A stretch of DNA of 64,000 nt, taken from Flaccisagitta enflata. Taxonomy: Eukaryota. Where the stretch lies: NCBI GenBank assembly GCA_965153355.1, contig OZ231126.1:25916001-25980000 (forward strand). The letters run 5' to 3'. Every line of letters begins with the position of its first letter. Positions within the stretch are counted from its first letter, which is position 1. A program made the position numbers and the translations under genes. The notes under the pieces are model-generated. The model made no database searches. It was not told the origin of the DNA and saw only the letters and a program-made list of their open reading frames with translations. This document shows, piece by piece, positions 31,040 through 45,231 of this stretch.

Positions 31040-31591
31040 GAGAGACAGAGAGAGAGACAGAGAGAGAGACAGAGAGAGACAGAGAGGGAACAAGAAATTG
31101 AATGCGTTGACCTTTATTGATCGCAATGGACCAATCAGAAACGAGTTTCACAGTTTCTCTCTCTCTCTCTTGCTTTTTCGATGAATGCTTTTCTATTTCG
31201 CTTTTCTTTCCTTTATTTCTTTTCCTCCTTTCCTTCAATGAAACCACTTTGGGCCAATCAGAGAAGTTGACGTTATGCGGACCAATCAGCGGCCGGCGAT
31301 GGTAGGCTTTCTCAAGCCTGAGAGAGAGGCAAAAAAAAAAAAAAAAGTGTCGCAAATGAGGCTCGACCCCGCGATCTGCCAAAACGTCCAAAAATTCTTC
31401 CAAAAAGCCCCGACTCCAAAAAATCAGTTTTGAACCCAAATAAATCCTGAGGTTGCATTCATTCAATCGTGATCTCCTTGCAAACGAAAGTCTTTGCCCT
31501 TTTCGCTTTGGGATATATTTTCTCTCTCTTTTTTCTCCCCATTAGGGTGAATGTGAAACTTAAAGTGGCAGCGAATGTGGCGGTTTGAAAG

Positions 31592-31799
31592 AAAAACAAG
31601 GCCGGATACACGGCTACCCCGGTCGCATGGGTGGGGGTCATAATTGAGGTCACCAGACCATTTGGGCAGGAGCAGTAGGGTCAAAGAATAAAAATCATAA
31701 AAAAAGAAAAATGTGACAAAGCAACCAACCAATCAATCGACCGACCAACCAACCGACGGACAAATCGGGGTGTAGAGTGGCGTAGCACGCGACTAAAAA
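31592..31799 (-). mobile_element. Family A element
   Basis: Complete termini; core shared with 53287-53505 and 61910-62080. Confidence 0.85.
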
Positions 31800-32567
31800 G
31801 AGACAGAAAAGAAGTGGCGCTGCGAATGTGTGCAATGAATGGGGAGAAGGGGAGAGAATAAGGAGGTCTGGTTGTTGAGTAACTGTGAAGGAGGGTGATT
31901 TTCTCCTCCGGACAATTTCAGGTTGGGCATCGATTTTTTCTGAGGTTCCTTTTTTTTTGGGGGGGGAGCCTATTTCTTGATCCCCCACATGATTTTTGAT
32001 TTGTTTTGTTTTGTTTTGTTTAGTTTTGTTTAGTTTTGTTTTGTTTTGTTTTGTTTTGTTTTGTTTTGTTTTGTTTTGTTTTGTTTTGTTTTGTTTTGTT
32101 TTGTTTTGTTTTGTTTTGTTTTGTTTTGTTTTTCTTTTTCTTTTTTTCATCTCAATTCCATCAAAATCTCCCGCACAAGCAATGTTTCACCTTTCCCCTC
32201 AAATCATGCCCGAAGGTCAGAAAAGAGAAATAATAACGTCTTTTTTGAGAACAAAACGATGGCGGTTACCTTATCCTCGTAATTTAGGTCGATAATCAGA
32301 GTCCCGAAAGTCTAATTAAACCCGGAGGCCAAAACGGATGTTTCAAGTCTAGATTTCATACCGTGAAGAAAAAGAGAAGAAAACTTCGAAGTAGGGCGAA
32401 CTGAATGATGAGTGGTGGTGGAGGTTCTGTTTTTGGTAGGGGATATGTTGGTAGTAAAGACGATGGTTGTGGTCGTTGTATTACTACTAAAACAGGTGGC
32501 GGTGGTGATGCAGAGGTGGTGGGAAGTGGTGCTGATGAATTTGGAGATGTGTTGGCAATTGAAATTA

Positions 32568-33221
32568 CCGGGTTATCAGCCTGAGATGTCGGATTCTTTT
32601 AAGCTTTTACTCAGAGATGCCATGGATCTCGAATCTTTACTTGGTTTCCTTTTAAAGAGTATACATTGATGTTTCTTGTATCAAAATTTCATCATCTTAG
32701 GTCAAGTGGCTTGGATTTTATAAGCTTTTGAAGTAAAACCTAATCATCTCTCAGAAGAAGAAAAGGATTTATTAGAAGGTTCAAAAGGACGATATGGATC
32801 GGATCACCATCCCTTCACTCTCAATATCAGAATTTTTGATAAAAATTGTCAGAGAGCACATTTTCAAATAGCATCTTTTCTTCATTATTTTGAGCTGGAA
32901 ACACAAAATCAGTCCAGAGTGAAAAATTGTTTGATGGCGGTTCATAAGTTGGTCAATTCATATTTCATTCAAGACCAACTTTGTGTCTCTGCATCAAAAT
33001 GTTGCAAAATAAGTGAAAATGCCCAGTTCCTTCATTTCCAAAGAAAATGTGGCCAGTCAAAAGTTATGTAGAATCCAAACTACTGGACCCAGGTTCATGA
33101 AATTTTGACACAAAGAACGTCAATCTATACTCTTTAAGTGACAATTAATCAGAAATCCAAGTTCCACGGCATCTCTGAGAAAAAGCTTATCATAATCCGG
33201 CATCTCAGGCTGATGACCCGG
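32568..33221. mobile_element. Foldback MITE with TA TSD (Tc1/mariner-like)
   Basis: TA-CCGGGTTATCAGCCTGAGATG ... CATCTCAGGCTGATGACCCGG-TA; arms extend beyond 100 bp. Confidence 0.85.
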
Positions 33222-33734
33222 TAGAGCTGGACATTTTTAGGTCTGTAAAGTGGCATTGAAATTTCAAAAGTGCTGTTTGTTATGTGGTTGTCCCTTTCGT
33301 GGTGGTGAGAAGGACACCTTTCAGAAAATTAAACAAGAAATGATAAAGAAAAAGAAATGAGGATGAAGAGAGAGGGTGAGGAGGAGGTGGAGGAAGAGGA
33401 AGAAGAGGAGAGAGATTGAGAAAATCTTCTCCAAGTTTGAGATTTTTCTGTCACTCTTGTCAGATGTCAGTCAGTGGGATTTTGCGGGGAAGATGGATCG
33501 GCGACCCACGCTGGTCTTCCTCCTCCTCCTGGCTCCTGCTGCTCCTCCCCTCGACTGTCAGATTGACAGCGATATTGTTGGGAAGACACGAGGGTGGTCA
33601 GAGCATAGATTCAGATTCAGATTCAGACAAATACACACACACACACACACACACACAAAACATAGAGGAATGAGAGAATGAAACCGGAGAATTGGGCGGG
33701 ACACTTGCCTCGGGAAATGATACATCGCCACACC

Positions 33735-33828
<94 letters not shown>

Positions 33829-33849
33829 TGAGGAGGATGATGATGATTC

Positions 33850-34596
33850 TTTTTTTGGACAGCGGCCCCGAAGGGGACGAAGTCCTGTAGAACACAGGGG
33901 GACTTTCGTTCGTCCGTTCGTTCATCCGTTCATCCGTCCGTCCGTCCGTCCGTCCGTCCGTCCGTCCGTCCGTCCGTCCATCCGTCCGTCCGTTCGTCCG
34001 TTCGTCCCCATCAGGCTCCTCAGGCCTCAAATCTGGCTCTCTCAGACCCCCAATCTGGCCTCTCAGGCCTCAAATCCGGCCTCTCAGGCCTCAAATCCAG
34101 CCTCTCAAGCCTCAAATCCAACCTCTCAGGCCTTAAACCTGGCCTCTCAGGCCTAAAATTAGGCTTCTTAGGCCTCAAATCCACATCCCCAGGCCTCAAA
34201 CCTGGCCTCTCAGGCCTCAAACTAGGCCTCTCAGGCCTCAAATCAGCTATCTAAGCCTCAATTTATTGCTCTCAGGCTTCAAATCAGTCCTCTTACCTTT
34301 CAAGCCTTAATCCAGCTCTCTTAAGCCTCAAGTCAGCCCTCCCAAGCTTCTGATTGGCATTCTAAGGCCTTCCATCAGCATTCTTAGACCTCAGTTTAGG
34401 CTCTTGAAGGCCTTCAGTCAGCCCTCTATCGTATCTCATTCACTTCTTGAGGCAGGACGAACGAAAGTCCCCCTGTGTTCTACAGGACTTCGTCCCCTTC
34501 GGGGCCGCTGCCCTGCTTCCCCTCACTCCAATTCACAATCCCTCAAAGCAGGGCAACGGGTATCGCTGACCACATATTGCCCTTGGGCGACCTGTT
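33850..34596 (+). mobile_element. Family B Helentron-like element with 21-bp internal repeats
   Basis: TTTTTGGACAGCGGCCCCGAAGGGGACGAAGTCCTGTAGAACACAGGGG start with an inverted copy near 34470-34513; (GTCC)n; tail GGGCAACGGGTATCGCTGACCA plus GCCCTTGGGC hairpin. Confidence 0.85.
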
Positions 34597-34598
34597 AC

Positions 34599-34922
34599 TT
34601 TTTGGGCAGCCGCCCCAAAGGGGACAAAGTCCCTTGGAACTTTGGACTTTTGTTCGTCCATTTGTTTGTCTATTCGTTAGTCGCCCCAGGCCCTCTCAGG
34701 CCTAAAATCTACCGCCTCAGGCCTGAAATTTGCCCTCTCAGGCCTGAAATCTGGGGGGGGGAGACTGACGGATGGACCAACGGACTGATGAACAAAAATC
34801 CCCGTGTTCTAAACAACTTTGTCCCTTTCGCTGCCCTGCGTCCTCTCTTTCTGATTTAGAACCAGGCAAAGCAGGGCAATGGGTATCGCTGACCACATAT
34901 TGCCCTTGGGCGACCTGTTATT

Positions 34923-34923
<1 letters not shown>
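34599..34923 (+). mobile_element. Second family B element, head-to-tail with the previous one
   Basis: TTTTTGGGCAGCCGCCCCAAAGGGG start; same 3' tail. Confidence 0.8.
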
Positions 34924-35562
<639 letters not shown>

Positions 35563-35675
35563 GTGGTGGAAAGCATTGTGGTTGTTTCTCACTGGAAAAA
35601 GTTTTTCCTGAACCCATTCCAAAAAATCGTCTTATTCATATTCAAAGGTAAAACACGTTTCTCTTCTATTGAACC

Positions 35676-35785
<110 letters not shown>

Positions 35786-36659
35786 GTCAGAGAGAGACAG
35801 AGACAGAGACAGAGACAGAGACAAAGACAGGGACAGAGAGAAAGGGAGAGAGTGAAAAAAGAAAACTTCTGTATATATTTGAAGGTTACATAAAACATGT
35901 TCTTGGCTCACATTAAAGCATGACACAGTGATCCTATTAGAATCTATAAGAAGTAAAGAATATCACTGTCAATAAAATTTTGAGGGTCAATGTTGATATT
36001 TATTTCAATTGCTCGCTGCCAATTCTACGGTCAGTCGGTCTATTATTTATTTGGTTAGTTGGTCAGACAGTTCCTCAGTCAAGAGGTGTAACAAACGGTA
36101 GGATCTGTTGATTGGTCCTGCCATATGTTGGTGGCTTTGTTACAAAGATCGCTTGCAAATGGCAAAACAAAGTCATCACTGACACAACTTGAGTTTATTC
36201 TTTAAAGAAGAGTATTCTGATGTACTTTCACTGATTGTAAATTTCCTGTCCATGCTACAATCTCAATCAATTATTCAATCAATTAATCAACAAGTCAATT
36301 GATCTCTTGGTGTCGCGTTTTGTCTCCTAAAGTTGGAAAAGGCTTTGTTGATCAATCTGTTGGTCAGTCAGTTTATTTGTTCATCCGCAGTTTTTATGCC
36401 CACGATACCTAAATAAAAATTTGGCTCCTAACTCCTAAGGCATTTGTTCAATAGATTATTGTCATGTGATTATATTGTTTTTTGATTCTTGCATTCTTTT
36501 GAAAGCGTTTATTGATAAATACATGGAATAAGCTTCGGGTTTAGTATGTTTTGGAGCACCGTGAGAATCTCAGTGAGAATAGAATCGGGTTGAAGCAGTG
36601 CACCGATGGAGACGAAAGCTATAGCGCTAAAGTCATGTGAAGGCTGAGGTAAAGATTTT

Positions 36660-37170
36660 TCAAGAAGAAGGCAAAGTCAAGTAAATGCAAAGGCAAAGCC
36701 GAGTAAAGGCAAATCCAATAAAGGGCGAATCCAATGAAGGCGAAGGCAAAGCCCAATAAGGTGGAAACCAAGAAAAGGCAAATTTAAGATTAGGCAAAGG
36801 CAAAGCCAAGAAAAGGCAAATCCAAAAATAGGAGAAGGCAAAGCCAAGTAAAGGCGAAGGCAAAGCTAAGTAAAGGGGAAAGTAAAGCCAATTCAAGGGG
36901 AAGGAAAAGCCAATTAAAGACCAAGTCAAAGCCCAGTAAAGGCAAAGGCAAAGCCAAGTAAAGTTGAAGGCAAAGCTAAGTAAAGGGGAAAGTAAAGCCA
37001 AGAAAAGGCCAAGCCAAAGCCCAGTAAGGGCGAAGGAGAAACCAAGTAAAGGTGAAAGCAAAGCCAAATGTGGGCAAAGGAAAAAGCAAAGCCAAGTAAA
37101 GGCGAAGGCAAAGGCAAAGGCAAAGCCAAGTAAAAGCATAGGCAAGACCAAGTGAACGCAAACGCAAAGG
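36660..37170. repeat. Degenerate ~22-bp minisatellite (AAAGGCGAAGGCAAAGCCAAGT)
   Basis: Direct reading. Confidence 0.8.
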
Positions 37171-38109
37171 CGAGTAGACTTTTGGCGATCAAATGATTAG
37201 AAATTCAAATGAAGAACTCGAGGAGTCCTCAGTCAAGCAGTCTCTCCGATAAGTGAAGAAATAGACTACCGAGAGGGGCAGCAGTCAGCTCCAAGGAGAT
37301 GGGAGAGAGATGGAGAGTGATGAGGAGATTTGGGTTTGCAAACTAGAAAGGACTCTCTTGGTGCTTACACCGAGAAAGGACTCTCTTGGTGCTTACACCG
37401 AGATAACATGTACACGGGGGAGAGTGGAAAGAGCTCAGTGGATATAAGATTTGAAAATCTCAGCGTAGATAGTATGTGTGGGCGTGGCTGATTATGGATA
37501 CAGTAAAAGATGAAGAATCAGAGATGTTGAGGTAAGAGACAGGGTGGCAAGGCTCAACTTATTTGTTTAATCGGATGGATAGTCATCGAAAAGCGAAAAG
37601 CTGTATTATGAACATCTTGCCAATATATCTATCCAGATGGCTTGACATGAACAGAATTAGTGAGTTTTTGACAGTTTGTTATAACTCGGAGATTCTAGAG
37701 TCACCTTTCAGTTTATATTTCAAAATTCTCCGTGCTTGAAACTGAACAGCATTGAACGAATCAACCCTTCGGTTTATGGCAGTCGTTTCTAACTATGCAA
37801 ACGAAACAACTTATTCTTCCTGTCTTAAACGGAAGTTCGTTCCTCCATATCGTTTCCGGTCACACCACGTGACAACTGACCAAGTAAAAACTTCGACATC
37901 GTCATTCTCTTAACCGTTATCGTCGTGATCGTCGTTATCGTCATTGTCGTCTCCGTCATATACGTATGTCACGTGCAATGTCGCTCTCCGTATAAAAAGG
38001 AGATACCCCGAAGCTTGGACCATTCCATGTGACAATTGTCACCGATCAATTTCCTTGCCAAACCTCTTCCTTCCTCTCTTATATATTTCCACTGTGTTTT
38101 AATTCCTGA

Positions 38110-38178
<69 letters not shown>

Positions 38179-38195
38179 AGATCACAAAATCACGC

Positions 38196-38906
38196 GGGGC
38201 ATCCTCTGAATCACGAAATTCGTGCTTAAGTTAAAATCATTTCCACTGAAGCACACCCTAGTGCTTCAGTGGAATAAAAACTAACTAGTGCCTGTTGCAA
38301 TTCGAGCTTCAGTGGAATTGGAAGTAACTCATTTTGTCACAGTAGAAAAGATAGTCTATGTAATTTTTGTTAATGCTCATATGAAGGAATCTAGTAATCC
38401 CCTCCTTCCCATCTCTCTCTCTATTTCTCCTCTAATTTTTTCTCCTTTGATGTAAAAAAAAATATATGCTTATTTTTCATTATTTTGAAAAAAAACAATG
38501 GCATGTAACTTATTGTCCTTCAAAAAAACAAAAATTTATAGGAGAGGAATTAGTAAAGGAAAAGATTTTATGATAATAGAAAGAAAAAATTTGAAATAAA
38601 AAGAATATAAAGATATTCAAGAATGATAATTTAAATAAAGAAAATAAAGAAACAATTCTGAATTTAAAGAAATCAAATAAGTTCCTTACTATACTAAAAT
38701 ATTTGCAACCAGTCAAAAAAAAAACCCTAGTAACTTCTAATTTCATTGCAGTAGAATAGAAGCCAATTGCAGTATGAAAAGATGTCAAGAGTCAATCCAC
38801 TGAAGCACGAATTCCAATTCCACTGAAGCACGACGTCGTGCTTCAGTGGAATGGGCCTTGACTGGCCTAATTTCCAGCCCAGAGTTCGTGATTCAATGGA
38901 TAGGCC
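38196..38906. mobile_element. Merlin-like non-autonomous element
   Basis: GG...CC termini, 22-bp imperfect TIR ending TGAATCACGAA, perfect 8-bp TSD AATCACGC, subterminal TCCACTGAAGCAC repeats. Confidence 0.75.
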
Positions 38907-39570
38907 AATCACGCGCACGGTTGACATGACGCTGACCAATACAAGGATGACAATGACGGCAATGACGACGACGACGACGATAGAGTCGACGGAAATGTAC
39001 GGGAGAATAGGAAACGGGCGTACATTGTATCTACCAACGACGTCATAGATGCCAGTGACGGGAGTGACACGGCAGTGACACCATGAATGTATTCATGACA
39101 TGCACGCAAGATGCAGTTAATGGCATCTTCCCGACTCTTTCTCTCTCCCTCTCGGTCATGGAGTCAACTTGGACCCATACAATCGACTTGGATTCTGGCC
39201 TTCATCGTCTTCAACGTCGTCATCGTCGTCTTCATCGTCCTCAACGTCGTCATCTACGTCTCCTACAACGTCACAGTCAACCTCCGGTTGTCGGTCAGGG
39301 TGAATATGAGGAAGATGGATCGGTTTCCTTCGACTAACCCCTTCAGCCTTCCTTTCCTTCCTATTTTCCTCCTTCTTTGCCCTTCCTTTCTTTTCTCTTC
39401 TTTTCCTCTCTCTTCTTCCTCCTCTTTCTTCTTTCTTCCTCTTCCCCTTCCTCCTCATCTTTCCTCTATTCTTGTCTCCACCTTTGCTTGTTGTGTATAT
39501 CCACGATTTCCGTCGTGACTCCGCCCTCAAATCGATGCATCACATTCAATCTCTTTCAATTTCCATCCCT

Positions 39571-39612
<42 letters not shown>

Positions 39613-39781
39613 GTCGTCTTCTTCATCCTTCCTGTACACAAAAAGTTTTTGTTTGTGGATTGGCTTCCAAAAACTTTTTGGGCCCATAATCCTTCGACTA
39701 GACGTCGGGCGTACGGCCGACGTGTATTTGTGCAAACAGTGGTACATCTCGCGAGTAGTTGTCCTTGTTACTTTAAGCATT

Positions 39782-39877
<96 letters not shown>

Positions 39878-39903
39878 TTATTATTGTTGTTGTTGTTTTG
39901 TTT

Positions 39904-39999
<96 letters not shown>

Positions 40000-40334
40000 T
40001 GTTGATGAAATAATGTCAGGAGTTGCTGTTGTCGTCGTTTTTAATGTTATTGTCATTTTTTTTTTTTTTTTTTTGCTAATATAGTTAGCACAGATATCCT
40101 TCAAATGTTTTATCAGCATTATTGTTGCTTGCAAACCTTGTCAAAAACGCAGCAGAAACTCGTAAACTAATCGCCAAACTTCCTCCTAACTAATAAGAAT
40201 ATGATATGATATGTAGATCAGAAAAGTTCTCCATCATAATTTTGGCCAAATTGGGTTAATCAATTCTTGACAGTTTCCGCCGCCTCGATTCTACATCCAC
40301 AGTGTTTTCCTTTGCTCTCAATGACGCTACCTTA

Positions 40335-40373
<39 letters not shown>

Positions 40374-40377
40374 TTTT

Positions 40378-40416
<39 letters not shown>

Positions 40417-41150
40417 CTCTTTCTTTCTTTCTTTTTTTCTTACTTTCTTTTACTTTTTTCTCTCTTTCTTACTTTCTTTTACTTATGACAGCGTGCCCAC
40501 GAAGCCAACATTTAGGGTATCAAAATGGGTCAAAATAAAAAATATATATGAGTGAAAATAGAAAAGCAAGTGAATAAAAGTTATCAAAATAAGACATGCA
40601 TGAAATTTGAAAGGAAAATTTTTATCCGTTTAGCAAGAGACTCAAAATTAGCTCAAATTACTGAGGAAGTTTTACTGAAAATCTCTACAAATTTCTCATT
40701 TGTCAATGACAAGGGGTTGGTCGAAATTATAAGTTTGCATAGGAAATGAAAAAATGAAGAAACAAAGAACATAGTTCTCTTCCCAAATCGTTTTTAGAGA
40801 GAACTATGTCTTTGAAAATGCAAAATTCTTTTGGGTGTGGCTTTCTTATAATTTCGACCTGAGAAAATAGAAAAAAATGTCAACAGAATTTCACTAAAAA
40901 TTTTCATTTTTTTGCGCTTTTGCGTGAGAATTGTTTATCAAAAGGCGATTTAGCGTAAAATATGGAAAAGACGTACATATCAAGTGTATCCAGTGACAAC
41001 TTGAGAAATGATAACATTTGTGGATAGATAATTAGTCCATTATTGATGCAAAAGTGGGGTGAAGCGCTTCATTTTTCCCTGGCAGATTTCACGTCTTATA
41101 TTTCTTTCTCTCTTTTATTCATTCTATATTTCTTTCTTTCTTTCTTTCTT

Positions 41151-41318
<168 letters not shown>

Positions 41319-41532
41319 TCCTTCTTTCTCTCTGTTCGCTTTCTTTCTCCCTTGATCTCAGCTGCGGATCCTCTGGAGAGTATCTCTTTTATAGATCTCC
41401 ACTTCAAGCTCAATTTCACCTACTTTTGATTCTTCCCTTTTCCCATTTCTCAACCTTATAATTGTTCAGAAGCTCCGCTGTCGTGCTAACCCTACTCTAG
41501 CTGCATCTGGCTCCTCCCACGACTCTAGATGG

Positions 41533-41650
41533 AAACAAGGCCGGATACATGGCAGGACAGTCGCGGACAGTTGGGCAGGAGCGGAAATGCTAAAACCACT
41601 CACGATTCAAAAATGTTAGGGACCGACCGACACGACCGCGATTAAAAAAA
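41533..41650 (-). mobile_element. Internally deleted family A element
   Basis: AAACAAGGCCGGATACATGGC...AGTCGCGGAC end with shortened 5' part. Confidence 0.7.
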
Positions 41651-42394
41651 CGACAGCACTAAGCAACAGCCAGAAAATGTATAATATAGTCAAGAGACCT
41701 TGTGCAGTTGTGCCCTCGCGTTTTCTCTTGAAATCCTCATGGTAATAGAGGAGTTTCAATCGTATTGTACTAATTTTTTTAAAAGCAGTAAAAAGAGCTT
41801 TTCATAATACTCGGGTGATGATTAGATTGGAAGTAGGCTTCCGTTACTGAAGGCAATGGGCACAGTACAACTTAGATCAAATGGAACATTGGGGAAAAGC
41901 TCCCACACTCGTTGCCTAGATAGCCCCCTTATTTACTAGCTGATAGGTTCATCATAATTTTTTTTCATATTTTGTTTTTTCCTAAATGAAAAAGAAAAAA
42001 ATAAAGACCGCCGTCCTAATTGTAGAGAACAATAGGCTGATCTGGAATCATTATCATGAGCTCAACGAAGCAAGTATTTCTATTTTCAAAATGCCGGGAA
42101 AAAAATAAATTCTTCATAATTATCAATCATTTCTGATGCTTTACAGACCAGTTTTAGACTCTAAAATTAGAGCCTCTAAACCATTAGTTAGTCGCTAAAC
42201 GCAGATTTGGAAATTCCCATTCACTTGTCACCCAGCAAGAGAGACATGACAGATACATTACGATAAGAGAGTTATAAAGAGAGTGCTGGAAGATGAAAAA
42301 GAGAACTATACGCTAAAAAAGAGACACAGCTCAGATCAGAGAATAAACGGAGAGAGAAGAAGGAAACGATAAATTCCGTTCCCGCGTGACATCC

Positions 42395-43132
42395 TTTTTG
42401 GGCAGCGGCCCCGAAGGGGCCGATGACCTATGCTTTTACACAGGAGAAATTTCTCCTTCTCCTCCTTCTCCTCCTTCTCCTCCTACGTCCCCCCCCCCCC
42501 GTTGAGACCCAAATCCTAGTCTCGAGGCCCTAATCCTAGTCTCAAGGCCCAAATCCTAGCCTTGAGGCTCAAATCCCAGCCCCAAAGCTCAATTCCAAGC
42601 CTCAAAGCTCAAGTCCGAGCCTCAAAGCTCAAATCTCAGCCTCAAAGCTCAAATCCCAGCCTTGAGGCTCAAATCCAGCCTCGAGGCTCAAATCTCAGCC
42701 TTGAGGCTCAAATCCCAGCCTCAAGGCTCAAACCCAAGCCTCAAAGCTCAAATCCCAGTCTTGAGGCTCAAATCCCAGTCTCGAGGCTCAAATCCCAGTC
42801 TCCAGGTTCAAATCCCAGCCTCAAGGCTCAAATCCCAGCCTCGAGGCCCAAATCCTAGCCTCAAGGCTGAAATCCCAGCCTTGAGGCTCAAATCCCAGCT
42901 TTGAGGCTCAAATATCAGCTTGAGGCTCTAATCCCAGCTCAAAAGCTCAAATCCCAGCTGCAAGGCTCATATCCCAGCCTCCATGCCCTAATTTCAGCCT
43001 TGAAGCTCAAATAAAAACAGCATAGGTCATCGGCCCCTTCGGGGCCGCTGCCCCTCTAACCACCTCACACCAACATACACTCACATAGGGGCAACGGGTA
43101 CCGCTGACAATCTAACGCTTTTGCGACTATTT
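42395..43132 (+). mobile_element. Family B element with (GAGGCTCAAATCCCAGCCTCA)-like 21-bp array
   Basis: Subterminal inverted repeat GGGCAGCGGCCCCGAAGGGGCCGATGACCTATGC with its complement near 43020-43053; conserved tail. Confidence 0.85.
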
Positions 43133-43787
43133 CATATTCTGAAGTCTTGAATCTCTGAAACGATGCCAACATTTGTTGCTCTCGGATCTTAAACAGATCT
43201 CCCTTTTCATTTCTCAATTTTTCTTCTCAATTTTCTTTTGTCTCATCTTTGTCATATTTTTCTGTCTCTGCCTCCTGCTTAGCTTCCATTTATCCTGTTT
43301 TCATATCCCTGCTTCACCTCTCATTCCTCCCTACTCTTACCCCAATATATTCTCCCACTGCACCTTTTCGCGTAATCATGCCTGTACGTGAACGTATACT
43401 TAATGAAAATTAGTTAACTTGTTCGACACAATTGATTAAAAATCCGTGCCGATCACCTATGAACAAACAACGACGATCAAACACTCAAATTATTCCTACG
43501 CGTATTCATCCTCTCTATCATTCTCACTCATTTTCTTGCTTTTTTTCCTCGTCCTTATCGCCCCTCTCCCGCCTTCTCACTCTTCCTTCTTACTCACGAG
43601 AGCTCTCTCTCTCTCTCTCTCCTTTCTTGCCTTCCTAAAGAAGAAATATGGGCAGATGATCGCTGGTTGATGGTGTGGCCATTATGTTTGTCACCACCGT
43701 GGGCCTTCCGGTCGGCAAGGCCATCACTCTCTTTCTCTTTCTCTCTTTTTTTCTTTCTTTCTTTCTTTTTTTTTTTCTTTCTTTCTC

Positions 43788-43855
<68 letters not shown>

Positions 43856-43857
43856 TT

Positions 43858-43935
<78 letters not shown>

Positions 43936-44140
43936 TATTTTCTTACTTATTTCTTTCTATCTTCCTTTTTTTTTCTATCCTTCTTTCTTTCTTCCTCTCT
44001 TTCTTTCTTTGTGTCTTACTTTCTTTCTTTCTTTCTTTCTTTCTTTCTGTCATTCTTTCTTTCTTTCTTTCTGACTGTCCTTCTTTCTGTCTGTCCTTCT
44101 TTCTGTCTGTCCTTTTTTCTGTCTGTCCTTCTCTTTTTCC

Positions 44141-44196
<56 letters not shown>

Positions 44197-44204
44197 TCGT
44201 TCAT

Positions 44205-44256
<52 letters not shown>

Positions 44257-44271
44257 TCCTCTCTCTCTCTC

Positions 44272-44412
<141 letters not shown>

Positions 44413-45231
44413 TGCCTAAAGTTTCCCCCTTCAGGGACGATTTGTCTCACGAGTTATTTAAATGAACCAACTTTTTTTCCAGATCGTCTAACTGACCAAC
44501 TCGCGAAGAAGTGAGCTAGAATCATTTCACGACTTACGTCAACAATATCATACTTGCTATCGAAGTGTAGAAACTATGTGAATGTTTCTCATAGAAATGA
44601 AACGCAATCAGTTCTCCTCAGTATATCCACGCATAAAAAATACTCACGAAACAGAATCTAAAAAATCGTTCTTTCTCAATCTAACCTAAAACTAAAGCAA
44701 ACTGTTAACCAAAAGTAGTTGAGGACGAATAATTGTTACCTGAATAAATTGTGTAAACAAAATACAACTAAACGAGACTGAATTCATGGCAACCCTATTC
44801 CCACTTATCTGGGCAGGGGCAGTGATAAAAAAAAACAACTCATTCAGGAAGGAAAACAGGACTATTAACGAAGAGGGGTGAGACTGTCTAAAAGCCATTG
44901 TTGCAAAAAGTTTAGAGATCGTTATCATTCTCTGAGAAGACATTGAAAGATCAAATGATCAATCGAGTCGTCGGTGAGAATTCTAGACTACACAATCCTG
45001 AATTGCGGCTGCCTAGTATACAATCGTGAAACCTGAATAGCATTCGACGGCTCTCATATCGTGTCTAAGAATGGAATCTCTCTCTCTCTCTCTCTCTCTC
45101 TGGATAAGAGAAAAGGGGACTGGAAGCTCAAACGCATTTTCACTTCTACCTTTCTCTCGTGCTTTGCCTCCCAACGTACTTCTGAATAGTATCAAAATAG
45201 TTTCTCCTACGAGCCCATCAGACGTCTAAGA

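Noticed and set aside
37345-37403. 28-bp perfect tandem duplication
   Set aside because: Real but an ordinary slippage duplication.
40495-41070. Decayed inverted symmetry centred near 40790
   Set aside because: Probably an old foldback element, but termini and TSD could not be defined.
42562-42904. ORFs with 7-aa periodicity (SLEAQIP)
   Set aside because: Translation of the 21-bp internal repeat of a family B element.
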